In this document: positions 46,486 through 59,102 of the stretch, piece by piece | Layout of the letters: each line of letters opens with the position of its first letter | How positions within the stretch are numbered: position 1 is the stretch's first letter | Origin: Nemertoderma westbladi | Taxonomy: Eukaryota > Animalia > Xenacoelomorpha | DNA: 59,102 bases | NCBI GenBank assembly: GCA_032718475.1 | Contig: JAUCBJ010009118.1 | Location: 1-59,102 of the forward strand | Direction: 5' to 3' | Made by a program: the position numbers and the translations under genes | Notes under the pieces: generated by a model | Told to the model about the DNA's origin: nothing | Seen by the model: only the letters and a program-made list of their open reading frames with translations | The model's database searches: none

Positions 46486-49085
46486 AAGACTATCACAGGG
46501 AAATGATTTGGCATTCAATACCCAGGAACTAAAAGTTAACGATATTGTTTGTTCTGCGGATGATATATGGTATTCAATTTATTATTTATCTTGGCATTAC
46601 ACCCTAATTGTATTATAACCTACAGTAACTGAATTAATTGTCTATTTATAGTAAAGGAAAGTAATTAGATACCGGTTACTATGTTTTTTTTTTACATAAT
46701 TGGGAATATTGTAGGCCTACTATTTTTATATTACTATGACCACATGACACCCATTATACAATATATAAATTAATATTTGTACTTAGATATGATTCATGCC
46801 TTTAGTATATTTCCAGAGTTTTAACATTATTAACGATCATCCTGCGCCTAACGCCACTAAATTGACTGTTATAATACATTAACTCAATGGCATAGGGACA
46901 TTCGTGCAGCCATCAGTCATACATTATTGAAAATTTTAGAGTGTGTAGTTGGCCTGTCATAGCGTGCGAGAGAAACGTTCATGGGCATTGCCATTACTGA
47001 AACGCCTCCGAAAAGGCACAGACAGCATCGTATAACGTCGTCAACGATTACCTAAACTTACATTAATCGACTTATTTTATTAATAGTAAAATTATACAGC
47101 TACAAATGTCCTTGTTAATCGAGTAAGCTGTGCTGAATCATTCCTGAACAATTTAACAACATAAAATATGTTTTTCAGTGATTAGTTCACTCTCCGGACA
47201 TGTCAAGTGATGGAACTGTAACTTTACCCTTGGTGCCAACCAAGGCGACTGCATAAAGGTAGTCTTGGCTGGCGCCATTGCCTTCCAAAGGGAGTGCCGA
47301 ACCCGACACACACTTTTTTTGGGCACTGATCACGATTATTGACTTCAAATATAACATTCGACAAAAATTGGGGTAAATTGGAATTAGGAATGTGCCCTCT
47401 GGGGCACGAAAAAAAACAAGTAGTGAGTGCAAATATGATATTGACAATCAATCAAATTGATTTTTATGACCACATAGGTTTTTTGGGATGCTGGTCACGA
47501 ATATGACACTGAAATATATCGTACATTGTTGATTAGGGCGTTTTTGAATATGCATCAATGTAACATACAAAAAATACAAGTAGCACAAATTTGATAATCG
47601 AAAATCATTACCAAATCAACCAGATTTTTAGACATTATGGGTTTTCTGGGACGCTGATCACGAATATAACACAAATGTCGTATTATCCAACCAAATTAGA
47701 TTTTTGCCGTTTGAAATTTTTCAGCCAAGCACCAAAAATGATAATTGCGTTACCACGAATGATTTTTAACGAGTTGTATCGCGATCAGCGACCTTGGAAA
47801 CCATTATAGCTTCAGAATTACAAAATCAAAGTCAAAATTTAACAGTTTATAATTTGTGCTACTTGTACTTTTCGTTCTGGGGCACCAGAAGGGCACCAAA
47901 ACAGGGTTTGCATTAGCAAAAAGATTTATAACTAGTTTTATCATGATTAGCAACCTCGAAAACCCATATACCATCAACATTTAGGTGCCAAGATCTAAAA
48001 AATATCTAAAATGACGCCCGGGCCAATTACGTTGTTAAATAGCCCGGGCCAGATAGGGTTAAGAGGCGTCTCAAGAAAGTCATGGGCTGTCCACCATGTT
48101 TATTCACTGCATGAAGCCGTTGAAGCACAAGATTTTTACACAGAGCACAAGAAAATACACAGTTACAAGCTGTCAATCTAAAGTACAAATATAAGGTTGA
48201 ATTGGGAAAAGCTGATAGGTAGATCCCAGGAAGGTAATGTGTCTACATACTGAATTGTATAATTGGATTAGGTAACATATGTCTCTACCGTATACTCCGT
48301 GTACTACCGTATACATGTGTCTCTACCGTATAATAAATAATAATAAAATAATAATTTTATTATAATAATAATAAACAATAATAATTAATATAATAAACCA
48401 GCTAGAGACCCTCAATATTTTATTTTATTTCCCTCATCCTCACACAATAGGTTTGTTTATAGTATAATCATTGCTGTAATTATATGGTCATGTTAAAACC
48501 AGCATTATTCATTCCGCTATATTATTCATACCATTACAAAATAACAAAGCCAATATTCAGTAAAATACATAATTCACTCTGAACACTGCCAAGAAAAAAC
48601 AAGTTATATTGGTCAGTCTAGACAGTTAACATTTACTGTTCCAAAAAATAACTGGTGCAATTATATTGTATAGCTTTGCAGCGGTTTACTGGAAAAACAG
48701 CCACTGGAATAACAGCCAATGTCAAAATGAATCAAAACTGGAATAACAGCCACTGCCACTTATGCTGGAAAAACAGCCACTGCCAATTATGCTGGAAAAA
48801 CAGCCACTGTCGTTTATGCTGGAAAAACAGCCACTTTGATTAGCTCTCACAAAACAGTTATTATCATTATAAACAGCTCATTATTCATTATTACCATTCA
48901 TCATAATATTATTCATTATTGAACAGCTACCATTATTAATATTACTGTATATTCTGTATATTCCGAATAACTGTATATTCCGAAAAGCCAAACAGTTTTA
49001 AGAATAAGACCAACTATTATTAGTTTTAAATCCATGTTAATTGCATTTACAGTTACAGTTTGCAATACCCGGTACTGGATTTCAG

Positions 49086-49597
49086 TTACAAAGCAATATT
49101 GAGAGGGTTACTGAATAGAACGGACATTTGGCGGCAGAAATCCAGGGCAATGAAGTCAGGCACATCAGCATAGCGCTGCGTGAGGACAGTAATAGCACGA
49201 TTGATTTTTTCGTATTTCGCATTTCGGCGATTCACCTGCTGTCCTTGTTGAATCTGCTGCAATTCCGTCTCCACCCGGCCTTGCTCCAGACGAATAAATG
49301 AAAGAAACTCATAGGAATTTGGATGATTCTTTGCGATAGCCTTGGTCATAGCAGAATGCCATCCTTCTACATTATTGTTTGTGCACCGTCTGCGGCCATG
49401 CATACGTGCATACTCATTGTTTAGCCACTGACCTTCGAAATACTGGAACAGTTGGTCGAATATGATGGGCGGAGCAAACTCAATGAGTTGCTGAAAGCCA
49501 GCGTCAATGTCTTGTGGTGGCAGAAAGACAACGGCCATCAAGCAGCGAACAACCAAACGAACAGGTACATTCTGGTCGGGGTCGGCATATGCGACTG
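49086..49597 (-). pseudogene. MULE transposase C-terminal half
   Basis: YFEGQWL...TNNNVEGWH (catalytic Glu motif), HPNSYEFL. It joins ...LGLAV|AYADPDQ once the LINE is removed. Confidence 0.9.
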
Positions 49598-52500
49598 GTC
49601 CTACTGTTGAGATGAAAGATAAACCAAATCCTGCTCCAGGCCCAGCTGCACATCGAGCTACACCGAAAACCAATCCTATAACCAATCCTATAAAAATCCC
49701 TAATATTGGGAAAGCAAACTTATCTCCCAAAGTCATTGGAAAGAAATCCGTCAAATAAGGTTACAATATTTCACAATAAAACAAACAAGGTTAATTTAAT
49801 TTATTTGCCCACAACGCCAGTGTGAATAATACTAACAAATAAATAGATTTGTTATATTTTATATGCCATATATGTACTCAATTATTTTAATCATATTATT
49901 CAGCATGTAAATAAATAAATAAATTTGTACTATTTAGCATGTAAGTAAATAAATATGTACTTATCATTTTATCAATCAAACTAACAAGGCCGTTAAAATC
50001 TAATAGATTATTTTATTACTATCAACAAAATACTATGTATGATAATAATTATACAAACAAACTATTTACGTATCATATAATCGTAATAATGCTTGCAAAA
50101 TTATCGCACAATTATAGCTCCACCCCTTGGCTTAATCTAATAAGGCATTTTTGTTTGTATATTACAATATGTTATTTAACAAAAGAACATATTATAATAC
50201 ACTTGTACAAAACACAGGAGTATTGTAATATATTATTTGTGTAAGGCCCCTTTAATAGTAATTCAAGTATATTACCCACAAAGCTCAAATTAGTTTAAAA
50301 CATGGCCCGGCATGGACCGTAATAATCAGGCATATCTCGTTATACAGACTAACTTTACTTGAACCTTGATCTTTATTTGTATCTCGTATTATTTTTTTTT
50401 TGTGTGTGCTTGTCTAGATAGGTTGTTTAGTGATTATTTTGTAGTATATTGTAACTTTAGGTTTTTAGCGGTATTGTATAGGTAATAAGGGAGCAACTGG
50501 GAGGGTACCTAACATTTCTCGAGATTCGAACTGTGCTCTTAAGCTGTGTGTTAAACTCACAGAGCAGAACAGCATATTTATACTTAATAACTAATAACTC
50601 CGTAATAACTCTGTCATTCTACAGTGCACCCTTTGTCACGAACAATCACATATTAAATGCCTACAAGGTGTGAAAAGAAATGACTTTGAATATTTGAAGG
50701 CATGTAACGACTGGATCTGCGGTACATGTATTGCTGATACCCTACCTTTCCAGAAAATTGTAAACGACGAGGAATATATTTTGACTCTATGTGACTATAG
50801 ACTACCCTCGGTAATTAATTTAGATCTTATTGACGATAAATTTGTCAATTTCTTTGACAACGAAGAGTCGGATTTCGCTGACACTGAATTCGATCCTGAT
50901 ACAAATTTTTTCAATAATAATAACCTCAACTGCAAATATTATTCAAATTTATCAGATGTATATAAGGGACAAAATAATCAGTTTTCTGTAATGCAAACCA
51001 ATGTCAGGAGTTTAAATAAAAATAGTGACGACTTGCAGTTGTTATTACGATGTTTGGATAAACCACCTGACGTAATCGGTGTAAGTGAAACTTGGCAAAA
51101 CGCTGACAATCATGATCTTTTCCAAATGAAAAACTATAATTTTTTTTATAACTTTCGTACAAATAAAATTGGTGGAGGTGCTGGAATTTATATCCGGGAT
51201 GACCTGGACTGTGAAAAAAGATCTGATTTGGGTTCATTTAAATGTGGATTGTATGAAACAATTTTTGTAGAGTGGAAAAGAGAAGGGCACAGAAATGTGA
51301 TTTTTGCTAATATTTATCGTCCTCCTAACACAGATATTGTTTCATTTTTGGAATGCTTGAAAACGGACTTAGAAAAAATAAATAATGAAGGAAAATTATG
51401 TTATATTACTGGCGATTTCAATATAAATGTTCTACATGCAAATGATTGTCCTCAACCGCAAAATTTCCTTGAATTATTAAATCAAAATTTTTTTGTACCA
51501 CTGGTAAATAAACCTACTCGAATAACCGAACATAGTGCAACGGCGATAGATAATATACTCACTAATGACTTTACCACCATTACACATACCGGGGTTCTAC
51601 TTGCACAAATTTCTGATCACTTGCCCATAATTACCTTTTGTAACATTCCACATTCGACGAAGGCTACACCCCATAAATTTTTCTTCAGACGTGATCATTC
51701 AACTATAAATCTAGACCGATTTAAACAAGCGCTTCAGAGTCTAAATTCTGAAGGTTGGCATAATTTGCTCGGCTCGAACAATCCTGAGTCTGCTCATGAT
51801 AATTTCATCTCCTCCTACCAAATATTATATGAAACACATTTTCCACTCAAAAAAGTAAGGATAATAAACCCCGATAAACCTTGGATCACGGAATCACTGT
51901 TTAAATCAATTCGCACAAAACATAAATTATATGCCGAATTTATTAAAATTCGGACACTCGAATATAAGCATAAGTTTTTAACATTCAAAAACAAATTAAC
52001 AACTCTACTTCGTTGTGCAAAAAAGGAATACTTTCGTAATTTATTCAAGAAATTCAAGGGAAATGTAGGTAAAACATGGGATGTTCTTAAGTCAATTATC
52101 CCACTAACTTCTTGCAAAAAATCAAGCAAAGCGAATGTCAATTCGTCATTTCTCATCAATAAAAGGCTTGTAGACAATGGGAGTGATATTGTTAATGGCT
52201 TTAATGAACATTACTCAACATTCGCCAACAAACTAGCAGATAAAATTCCCACAAACTCAGACTCGATTTACAAATATCTTCCAGGTGGTCAGTGCAACTC
52301 AATGTTACTATCCACTATCTCAAAGGAAGAGCTACATAACATTGTCTTTTCTCTTGAAAACAAAAAAGCAATCGGCCCCGATCTAGTGAACCCCTCAATA
52401 TTTAAAAAGGTATTTGACCACATTGCTGATCCATTGTTACATGTGATTAACTTGTCTATTGAAACTGGTATCGTACCGAAAGGTATGAAAGTGGCAAAAA

Positions 52501-54507
52501 TTACACCTATTTATAAATCGAAAAACAAAAAATTGGTTATAAACTACAGACCAGTTAGTGTTTTATCATTTAGTTCCAAACTAATCGAGAAATGTGTGTT
52601 TAATCAGTTAATATCATACTTGGAAAAAAATAATATTATTTCTGATCACCAGTTTGGCTTCCTAAAAGGAAAATCAATTGATCTAGCACTTTCACTTCTT
52701 TTCAATGAACTATCGAATGCAGCAGAGAATACTTTAACTACAGTAGGTGTATTTCTTGATCTCTCAAAGGCCTTTGACACTGTTAATCACACAATTTTGT
52801 ATAAAAAAATGGAACACTACGGCATTCGGGGTAAACCACTAGAATGGTTCAAAAGTTACCTTTCTGATAGATTTCAATATGTTCAGTACGGTGGATTTAC
52901 TTCAACAAAGAAACCCATTACCATTGGTGTGCCTCAAGGATCAATCCTAGGTCCTATTCTATTTCTGCTATATATAAATGACATTGTTAATTGTTCAAAA
53001 ATTCTAAATTTCATACTTTTTGCGGATGATACCAATGTCTTTCTTTCAGGTCAAAATGTATCAGAAATTATCCACACCTTGAATATTGAACTAAAAAACG
53101 TCACTAATTGGTTGGCAATAAATAAACTTACTCTTAATATTGATAAAACTAATTTCATGATATTCAAACAGAAACGTCCTTCAAATTTAATCTTACCACA
53201 TCTACAAATATCTAATGCCTCTATTCCAGAAGTAACCAAAATAAAGTTTCTTGGTCTTATGCTATCAAACGACTTAAAGTGGAAAACACACATTAATTAT
53301 ATAAGATCAAAGATTTCTAAAAACGTTGGAATTATCAATAAACTGAAACATTTCATTCCTGAAACTATACGTCTCATGTTATATCATACACTAGTGGCAT
53401 CTTACTTATCTTTTGGTTTGATACTGTGGGGTTTCAGTGCGACAGAGTCAACTCTTAAACCACTGATAAAATTGCAGAATAAAATAATACGTGTCGTCTC
53501 ACTGAAATCCAAAACAGTTCACGCCGAACCACTTTTCAAATATTTAAAAGTACTAAAACTTCAGGATTCCTATCGGCTACAATGTGTCAAATTAATCTAT
53601 AAACATAGAACATCCTCGGTGAAGCTACCCTCAGAATTGAGTTCCAAACTGATACTCAATCGACAGGTACACTCTTATCCAACAAGAAATGCTGCTAATT
53701 ATCACCTGCCCCTATATAAAACAGCATTAGCTAAGAGTGGTATCATGTACCAAGGCCCTGCATTATGGAACGAGCTTCCGACGGATATTAAACAATGCAC
53801 TTCCCTGCCACAATTCAAAACTAAAATTAAAAACTACATCCTCAACACCTATGATTCATAACGTGCATCGTTCTTTACCAATTTTTACTAAGTGAAAAGT
53901 ATTAGTACAGTTCCATGGATTATCCTATCTATTAATCTATGGTGAATTTTCATTTGCAAACTCTCGAGAGCCACAGTCAATAATAATCAATAATAACCAA
54001 AAAAAGGCCAGAATCGCCTTTGTTTACTTCACCTATTTATGTACCGTAATGATTTCCATATAACGACTATTCTTCTTCTCTCTGTTTATAAATTTCTGTT
54101 TAAGAAATATAAATTGTTCTCAATGAATTTCAAAATGACTATAAAGTAAATTTTTAATGCACAGTGTTATTTTATTTCTCACATTTACAGTGCTCACCTC
54201 GGCGCATAAGCTATGCTTTGCTGATGTTAGTACTTTGGTTGAAGTCGGAATTCGGGTGCAATTGTTTTCTTTAGATTTATATACTGTAGACCTTCTAACT
54301 AGACTTAGGCAGTTGTAACTACTTAATAATATCGTACAGTAATTATCCTAAGGCCTCAATGGGGTGGGTTGGGTTGGTAACACGTGCATGCTCTCATTAA
54401 ATATTTGAGTTGAATCGTATTAGGTATAGGTTTAAATTTATTACATCATTATATTGGATATTATACGAGTCCTATGGGCTCAATCAATCAATCAATCAAT
54501 CAATCAA
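49598..54507 (+). mobile_element. CR1/L2-group (Crack/Daphne-like) LINE, 5'-truncated, young
   Basis: Probable ORF1 tail at 49598-49758, an AT-rich spacer, an intact ORF2 and a (TCAA)n tail at 54480-54507. ACTG is duplicated at both junctions. Confidence 0.9.
50670..53861 (+). CDS. LINE ORF2: partial PHD-like finger, APE endonuclease and reverse transcriptase
   Basis: NVRSL, SETW, IYRPP, GDFN, IDNI, SDHLP; NYRPVSVL, QFGF, DLSKAFDTV, GVPQGSILGP, FADDT. No internal stops over 1063 aa. Confidence 0.96.
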   Translation: MKRNDFEYLKACNDWICGTCIADTLPFQKIVNDEEYILTLCDYRLPSVINLDLIDDKFVNFFDNEESDFADTEFDPDTNFFNNNNLNCKYYSNLSDVYKGQNNQFSVMQTNVRSLNKNSDDLQLLLRCLDKPPDVIGVSETWQNADNHDLFQMKNYNFFYNFRTNKIGGGAGIYIRDDLDCEKRSDLGSFKCGLYETIFVEWKREGHRNVIFANIYRPPNTDIVSFLECLKTDLEKINNEGKLCYITGDFNINVLHANDCPQPQNFLELLNQNFFVPLVNKPTRITEHSATAIDNILTNDFTTITHTGVLLAQISDHLPIITFCNIPHSTKATPHKFFFRRDHSTINLDRFKQALQSLNSEGWHNLLGSNNPESAHDNFISSYQILYETHFPLKKVRIINPDKPWITESLFKSIRTKHKLYAEFIKIRTLEYKHKFLTFKNKLTTLLRCAKKEYFRNLFKKFKGNVGKTWDVLKSIIPLTSCKKSSKANVNSSFLINKRLVDNGSDIVNGFNEHYSTFANKLADKIPTNSDSIYKYLPGGQCNSMLLSTISKEELHNIVFSLENKKAIGPDLVNPSIFKKVFDHIADPLLHVINLSIETGIVPKGMKVAKITPIYKSKNKKLVINYRPVSVLSFSSKLIEKCVFNQLISYLEKNNIISDHQFGFLKGKSIDLALSLLFNELSNAAENTLTTVGVFLDLSKAFDTVNHTILYKKMEHYGIRGKPLEWFKSYLSDRFQYVQYGGFTSTKKPITIGVPQGSILGPILFLLYINDIVNCSKILNFILFADDTNVFLSGQNVSEIIHTLNIELKNVTNWLAINKLTLNIDKTNFMIFKQKRPSNLILPHLQISNASIPEVTKIKFLGLMLSNDLKWKTHINYIRSKISKNVGIINKLKHFIPETIRLMLYHTLVASYLSFGLILWGFSATESTLKPLIKLQNKIIRVVSLKSKTVHAEPLFKYLKVLKLQDSYRLQCVKLIYKHRTSSVKLPSELSSKLILNRQVHSYPTRNAANYHLPLYKTALAKSGIMYQGPALWNELPTDIKQCTSLPQFKTKIKNYILNTYDS

Positions 54508-55410
54508 ACTGCCAAACCGAGTTCCTGTATCTTACGGTAAATAGCCTGACACATATGGAAGTGGCATCCGCAGATTTGGGAAGCTGGTAACTCTGCAAGC
54601 AGAGCAGGAATAAGTCCAGTTTCAAAGTCAATTGATATTCTCGCTGGATTGAACTGCAGTTGTATTTCTGCTGCATGATCTTTTAGAATGCGTAAAATTC
54701 TGACGTATGATTTGCGATCCTTGTGCATCATGAGAATGTACACCATCGGCTGGCACCTGTCACCATTAAACGCATGAATAGTGAACAGTTGCTGCCACAA
54801 CTCAGGAACTATTTTAAATGTTCCGTCCATAGCTACATCTGTGGCCGCGCACAAACGACGGAAACACCCATCGGTCATGTAAATCACAATATCAGCAGTA
54901 TCGCTACAGTAGAAAAGGAACTGATGTCCAGAGATTGTGCGTCGAAGCTGGTCAGGGAAGGATTCGGGATCATCGGGAGGTTTGTTGATCGCAGTTGCAA
55001 ACTCTTCCAATGTCTGAGGAACGTGAGGAAACTGACTCTTTCTAGCTTTGTACAAACTTGATTCCATGCGATGCAAAGCAGGAAGCTGCCCAGCAGCCAC
55101 TGGATTAGCCGATAATACAGCTGCGTTTTCACGGTAAATAGCAGGCATTGGCCGAAAAGTCTTCTTTACTTGATCTTTTATTACACATCGCGTTTTTTCA
55201 ACTAATCGACGCTCGGGTTGAGGCGCACAGTTTTCGCCGTGCTCACTCCGAATTTCGCGATAATTGTTCTGATCGTCAGTCCACAATCGACCCTTGCAAC
55301 CGGTTTGGCGACAACGCCAAGATTTGTTCAATGACACAGGATTCACAGGAGCACTAGGATTGCACAAACGGTAAACACTCCTTTTCTTTGTTAGTTTTGT
55401 ACGTGGTCAT
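54508..55410 (-). pseudogene. MULE transposase N-terminal half (FLYWCH-like domain plus DDE core)
   Basis: WRCRQTGCKGRL...H, MDGTF, QLFTIH, IDFE, GCHFH. The probable ATG at 55410 is out of frame with the ORF. Confidence 0.9.
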
Positions 55411-55956
55411 CTTGAATACAGTATAGATTGTACGAATACGGGTACTGCTAGCAGTAATGCATAATGCGCAGAGGCGGCCTAGACAGAGCAGGTACTGTAC
55501 TGCTGTAGGTAAGTACCATTATTTAGGACGCCTTGGTCAGCACACAATACTACATTTTACATATATTTTATTAGGAACCGGAGGTTACTTTCTGTAAAAA
55601 TTTGTTGTAATAGTAATAATATTTCAAGCAAAATAGCTTAAAAACGGCTCTAACGATTTCGTTAATATATATTACACTGTAGTAGGTACAGTAGTAGCAA
55701 CAGTGGCATCAAGTATACAGTAGGTACTGTAAACCCTGTTACAGATAATAATTAATGAACACACATAATTATATGAGCGGTAATTTTGAATGGCTGTTTT
55801 TCCAGCAAACCCACTGGCTGTTTTTCCAGTGGCTGTTATTCCAGTTTTCACAGTGGCTGTTTTTCCAGCAAAATTAAACAACTTTGTAACTTTGACTGGC
55901 TGTTTTTCCAGCAAAACCAGTGGCTGTTTTTCCAGTGGCTGTTATTCCAGTTTACC

Positions 55957-56107
55957 CTTTGCAGCAATCGAGATTCCATGAAAAGATCCATAGGTTCTTG
56001 GGTTTCCCTTCTTTGGGGCAGGGAACAACTTATTTATTTTCTTGATTGGTTCTGATGTTTTTATGCTTAATTTCAGCAATGGAGATGTCACCCATGGGGA
56101 TATCAGC
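55957..56107 (-). mobile_element. RTE-like LINE fragment hosting both the MULE and the LTR insertions
   Basis: The minus strand reads DIPMGDISIAE...PKKGN...ISIAAK and continues LYN across the MULE at ~48670. It is homologous to 25300-25590. Confidence 0.75.
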
Positions 56108-59102
56108 TGTTCGCGCTTTCAGACCTTTGGCAGTTTAACCCGCCAAATTAGAATGTCTTCTAGATAATAAATCGCCTTTTAGTCTATGACAAGTATTTGA
56201 TTCACTACACTAGTCGAAACCAATCCGTGCGCGACCATTCACCCGCTGGATATTCCCGGGAGATTGGGTTCGACGGTTTAATTTTTATTGCTATGTAAGC
56301 CTAATGTATTATTCGACTGACAGTATTATATAATCTCTGACAATATTATTCACCTTCGGTAATATTAACAGTTCCTTTAGGACGTGGCGCTTTATCTATA
56401 TAAACAGAGTTATGACTTAAACTACTCACAACGATATGGCTTAATTATAATTCACATATATGGCGCATTCTTTAGGAATTGCTTCTTTAACAGACTCACT
56501 CATACACTATGCTGCACAATACTGCACACTAATCTGCCAATCTTCACTGATTTTAGTCACATATAAAAGGAACACAGGCTGACTCATGTAGAGTCTATCA
56601 AATAACATTAGATTCACTTCAAACCACTTTAACATAAGTCACAATCGTTATTGGTAACCTTTCTCTCTTACCTTAGGTATATCAAGAATATTGGGTTGCG
56701 GGGTTATTTATCGTTATTCCAAATATAATTATTCATCAACCATATTATGAAGAACTGACAGCAAATAGCAGTATAAAACAACAAGTCAGTACCGGTATGT
56801 CAGCAATGAGACATAGGCATGCAGGTCCGTCCGTTAAAGGATATATGCCCTTTATAATTAAACCTACTAGTGTACGACTAAAAAGCAGTACAGCACAAAA
56901 TACTTCCAAGCCGTTCTTTCTTTGGCTCAAGACTGAATGTAAACACTGCACATAGGCATTGCATCATTTCTCGGAAATTTTCTGTACAAGGAGCCACAAA
57001 AACGCTCTAATTGGCTGACTGAACTGAGAGACGCCGTAGAACAAAGGAAATCAACACGTATGAATGTCAGCTGTTAACCGTAGTCATAGTAACTACTGTT
57101 CAAGAGTAGCTATCACCCCTTTGCGTCACGAATTGCCATAGAATCATAAAATATGCCTTTCACAGTACACATACGGAGGAAATAGGTCTTAGATCCTCTA
57201 AAAACACCGATACAGCAATAATACGGTCTCTTACACTTATTAAATCAACTACAGAGTATTTTAATGTAAAAGATAATAAAATAACGGGGCAATTCAGCAA
57301 AGGCTTTTACACCGCTCCCAGAAAATGGGATTTTCAGTCTATAAAATATAAAAATCACAGTTTCTAAAACATAAAGATACTCTAAACAGCTAGTCTTTCT
57401 TACGCAGACGGCGTTTACGCAGTTTTTGAGGCTAGCAAGAGTCTTTTTCTCTTTGGGGGGAGCCACTTTACTAGGAGGGCCATAACTCCTGGGTGAAGGG
57501 TGCAATATGATTGCATCAGAAGGTGTAGGATTGTGGTCGAGGTATCTGCCGTTTCGATATGCTTCTCCTCGAGCTGATTTTCCTCCGCTCGTAGCTGGAT
57601 ACGTTCATCCAAAAACTCTCGCAGAGAATAGGATCGTCCAAGTTCGATAACTTCTTAGAGATTCTGGATTTCCCAATCGAATTGAGATAAGGCCAATTCG
57701 TTTATCGATTGGACTCACTGTTATAACTTACGTTTATCTGAACAAACGCAGGTTTCCTTTTTGATCTTTATAAAATAGCGTTTAACTTGTTTCGTACAAC
57801 GCTCTCCTTCCCCTTGATGAGGGGTTGTATCGCGTTAAACGTGGACGACCATACGGTTGGATAGTGATATTAGGTGTCCGCGTCATAATCCGGCTAGGTA
57901 AGATGGGCGGCTAGCTAGAAATCACTGTCGGAGTGTTACCGATTAATTGTTAGGGTAGCACTAGATCTTGAACAGTGAATACCGTCCGCGAGGATCCGCG
58001 ACACCACCAGGATCGCAGGTCTGAGGTCCAACTAAGGAATGAGGAGGTTTGACCGAGTATTCCGGGACTCTGATCGTAGGTTTACTCTAGGATCGTTAGA
58101 GCCGAGTGAGCATAGGTGATACGTTAAACAAGTTTCGCTCGAAACTCCAGTAAATATAACGAACACAACTGTGTTTAACACAACGTTTCCGTGGATGTTT
58201 ATGTCTTTCCGTTTATTGGCTGGGTCTAGGGCATTTACCGTAATAATACCAAAGACGCACGTCTGGTAGGGGAAACGCGGGTGATATTTATTTGTTGTTA
58301 CAATGATTCTATCAAGAATTCTAAATATACGTTGGAGTTACCGCGTTTATTTGTTTCTTTAGTGTCTTTGCTTTCGAGTCGATTTCGAATAGAATTTTCG
58401 CATTCGAATTTCAGTTTATAGTTCCGACTCCGCTGGGCAGGATATATAGTCGACATAGTCCGTATTATGTAGCTCGATAGGATGACCAGTGGTCAAGAAG
58501 TCCATATACGTACCATTACGATGCGTGTAGCGAGCAGTGAACTTTCTATAATCCAATTCACGCGTAAGTTGCTCTTGGGACATTGGCGGTTCGATATAAC
58601 GACCATCGTCCTCCGTAGTAGTTGGATCAACGTCGCCGCATATCAAGCTATCGACAAACGCTTGTAAAGGTAGAGTATATCGCTCCCCGATACTAAGACC
58701 ATCTTCTATCAACTCCGTCATATCTGCTATATATGAGTTTATCCATATTATAATGAGTTTATATTTAGGCGAGCGGGCGTCGCTGCCTACCCAATCAACC
58801 CCCGGACAGTACGAGATCCTCAGCGCCGATGTGTCGTCGCCGCTGTGCTTTCGCCAACGACGTAGCCGCACAACGACAACCGACACAAGTCACTCGACTG
58901 TCCGTCCCAAAGACTTAGATGTACTTCAGGTTTTCCTTGGAGAGTTAGGTTACTTTTACGATTGCGACTAGCTACTGTAAACACACCTTAGCAGTAACAT
59001 TCACCTATAAACTCACAAATACCACACAACTGGTCACAACTACACACATTCGGGCCATTTGTCCGTTAGTCAATGCCTTCCAGAATGTCACTGTATTATT
59101 AT
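56108..59102 (-). mobile_element. Second BEL/Pao copy: 3' LTR (56108-57311) plus 3' internal region, continues beyond the window
   Basis: Collinear homology with 25818-~28790. Confidence 0.93.

Larger units (their letters stand above)
48683..55956 (-). mobile_element. Mutator/MULE DNA transposon interrupted by a LINE
   Basis: Perfect 9-bp TSD CTTTGCAGC at 48674-48682 and 55957-55965. TIRs are built of CTGGAAAAACAGCCA repeats, and the transposase is split in two. Confidence 0.95.

Overview
This is AT-rich animal (invertebrate-type) genomic DNA with GT-AG introns, LINEs, LTR and DNA transposons, satellites and one 100-N scaffold gap. The main result is a six-exon minus-strand gene (19604->2740, 1508 aa as assembled by hand) that the ORF track shows only in fragments. 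Five small exons encode a ~225-aa macro-like domain, of a family I recall as usually fused to TIR domains. They splice in phase onto a 3.8-kb exon encoding WD40 repeats, a Roc GTPase, COR and a C-terminal CARD/death-fold, which suggests an innate-immune or cell-death sensor. The ~7-kb, ~100-copy 70-bp satellite in intron 4 is built from the 3' end of exon 4 plus its splice donor. A perfect 48-bp array (54+ copies) starts 140 nt after the stop codon. The rest is transposon-rich. It holds an internally deleted BEL/Pao LTR element with 1.2-kb LTRs and an apparently selected accessory ORF, and the start of a second copy of that element. It also holds a Mutator element with a 9-bp TSD split by an intact CR1/L2-group LINE, RTE-like LINE fragments and several MITEs. 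Domain calls come from motif recognition only; no database search was run.
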